Shown here: piece after piece, positions 59,619 to 61,267 of the stretch
How positions within the stretch are numbered: the stretch's first letter is position 1
Layout of the letters: each line of letters begins with the position of its first letter
NCBI GenBank assembly: GCA_002256025.1
Contig: NKIB01013256.1
Coordinates: 1 to 61,267 of the forward strand
Length of the DNA stretch: 61,267 nucleotides
Source of the DNA: Asterionella formosa
Taxonomy: Eukaryota
Direction of reading: 5' to 3'
Position numbers and translations under genes: made by a program
The notes under the pieces: generated by a model
Seen by the model: the letters and a program-made list of their open reading frames with translations, nothing else
Database searches by the model: none
What the model was told of the DNA's origin: nothing

Positions 59619-60179
59619 GATGGATATCTACAAACAAGAACTAATGATAAACGTCGATGGGATTGCTCGTTTTTGGATCAAGGAGTACTTAATCAAGCCC
59701 GTGTTACGGACACAGTAAAGGAGGAAAGATGGATGGGTTGTCGACAAGTTGTTTGGGGGGAAATTGCGATCAATGGGGGACCGATAATGATTGACGATTG
59801 TACCAGAATAACTACCGGTACCTGGTACCGGTAATATAAATCAACAATGCAACTACGCGGTACCTGGTACCAGGTACTATACATTCATATGCATACAGAT
59901 CTATTTGTAAACGAATGAAGAATTTGTATGCTATTTATTTCAAGTATAGACTGAGAACGACGTAACCGGAGTACTTGTACTCCTTATTTTATCGAAATAC
60001 CGGTATTTGTGGCATATTAGTTACCGGTATGACTGATACCAGTATAACATCCACACAGGTGTATTAAAACGATTTATGGCGCGCCACAACCAAATTGTTT
60101 CTCCGACAGCTACCGGTATCGTAAGTTCGACAAGGAAACTGTGGTTACTACCGGTATGTATGGATACTCTGACAGCCGT

Positions 60180-60660
60180 ACTACCAGGTAGCACGACCTA
60201 GATCGTACATACCAGGGTACCTGGTACCTGGTACCATTATCAGCTAGGTGTTTACAGGAGTTAAAACAGGAACTGAACTCATCTACCAGCACCTGCAAGT
60301 TGCGGTAATTTTGCTGAAACTAAAGCTTTAGCTTTCTTTATCCCAGATTAAAATGTTAGTTTAAGCAAAATGAACGCAAAGAATTTAGACTACCGGTACC
60401 AGGTACCTGGTACTGATACCGGTGGTCTAGAGTCTAGACGTATGTATTCCTGGTACCAGGTACCAGGTACCGGTAGTCTAGAGGTATGTATTCCATAGTA
60501 CCAGGTACCGCCAGGTACCAGGTACCTGGTACCTGGTACTACTAGGTACCACCGGTGAGTACATGGGCATCAGGTACTTGGTGCTAGCTGGTATGGTTCC
60601 TGGTACCTGGTACCATCATTGCGGATTGCGGTACCAGGTACCTGGTACATGGTACCACTT
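60180..60660. repeat. Dense palindromic (GGTACCW)n / TACCGGTA array
   Basis: For example CCAGGTACCAGGTACCTGGTACCTGGTAC at about 60511-60539, with a 7-bp period. Includes a local duplication of GTCTAGA(C/G)GTATGTATTCC. Confidence 0.9.
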
Positions 60661-60663
60661 AAA

Positions 60664-60872
60664 AACTGTAAGCCACCGCTATTTTACTCTATCTTTCGAC
60701 TAAAAATATTTATGTAATTCAACGATCAAAACTTGACGCAAGTACAAAGCTTATGTTAGACAATGCTCTCTGCTATACTATTAAGGAATCAGTTTTGATT
60801 CAGTGTATCTAGCCATGAAGAAATAATTTTTCCAAAGTCACTAAGATTATTGCATAGCGGTGGCTTACAGTG
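60664..60872. mobile_element. MITE (about 209 bp) with perfect 18-bp terminal inverted repeats
   Basis: ACTGTAAGCCACCGCTAT (60665-60682) and ATAGCGGTGGCTTACAGT (60854-60871) enclose an AT-rich non-coding interior. The right end reads CACTG on the minus strand. Confidence 0.8.
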
Positions 60873-61267
60873 CATATTTTTCTATCTGTACATGAATATA
60901 TTTTACCCCCAAACCGTGTTTATTTTTACTCCGTTAATACTACAAAAATTATTTTCTTATTACTTTACGTTTTACACTTTTGCAGGGGCAGCATCATCGT
61001 TGGAGAATTCTTCTGATGCATTACATTAATCTCGAGCTTCTTTGCATCTAATTTCTTGCTTGCGGAGTCTCAAACTTCATCACGGAATGGTGGATCGGCA
61101 GTAGCAGTTGTAGAAGGAAAGGGAATAGCAACAGGAGGAGGTGCAGTAACAACAACCACAGCAATAGGAGGTGCATGGAGAGGGAATGGCGGCTGCTGGT
61201 CACCACGGTGATTGGTATCGTCGAATCTTGTAATCAGAGCTTGCCTTGTTTGTGGAACCGGCAAATC

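Noticed and set aside
58958..59834. Overlapping plus-strand ORFs over PRIM2
   Set aside because: They are shadow frames; the spliced PRIM2 model explains the region.
60180..60660. CRISPR-like reading of the GGTACC array
   Set aside because: The units are 7-bp palindromes with no constant 25-45 bp repeat, no regular spacers and no cas genes, in a eukaryotic context.

Overview
This is eukaryotic nuclear DNA, most likely from a diatom. The evidence is short 79-105 nt GT-AG introns, a nuclear petC, signal-peptide+Phe plastid-targeting N-termini, and expanded O-fucosyltransferases. About 16 protein-coding genes are supported: BCAS2/SPF27, an unknown membrane protein, an NCKX-type Na+/Ca2+ exchanger, plastid Obg GTPase, a low-complexity hypothetical, an S49 peptidase, DDX10/DBP4, a cadherin-like surface protein, two O-fucosyltransferases, petC, a membrane-anchored methyltransferase-like protein, a class I HDAC, KEOPS Pcc1, a TPR-FKBP, a small plastid-type hypothetical and PRIM2. 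There is also a Zn-ADH interrupted by one in-frame TGA and one tRNA-Ala(UGC). Between the genes lie decayed, CpG-poor transposon relics: Ty3/gypsy integrase, three PIF/Harbinger transposases, a DD39D mariner, an RNase H-bearing non-LTR element, a MITE and a probable tRNA-derived SINE. The most striking unexplained signal is a family of self-complementary (GGTACCW)n / TACCGGTA micro-arrays clustered just upstream of most gene starts. All family assignments come from motif recognition by eye; no searches were run.
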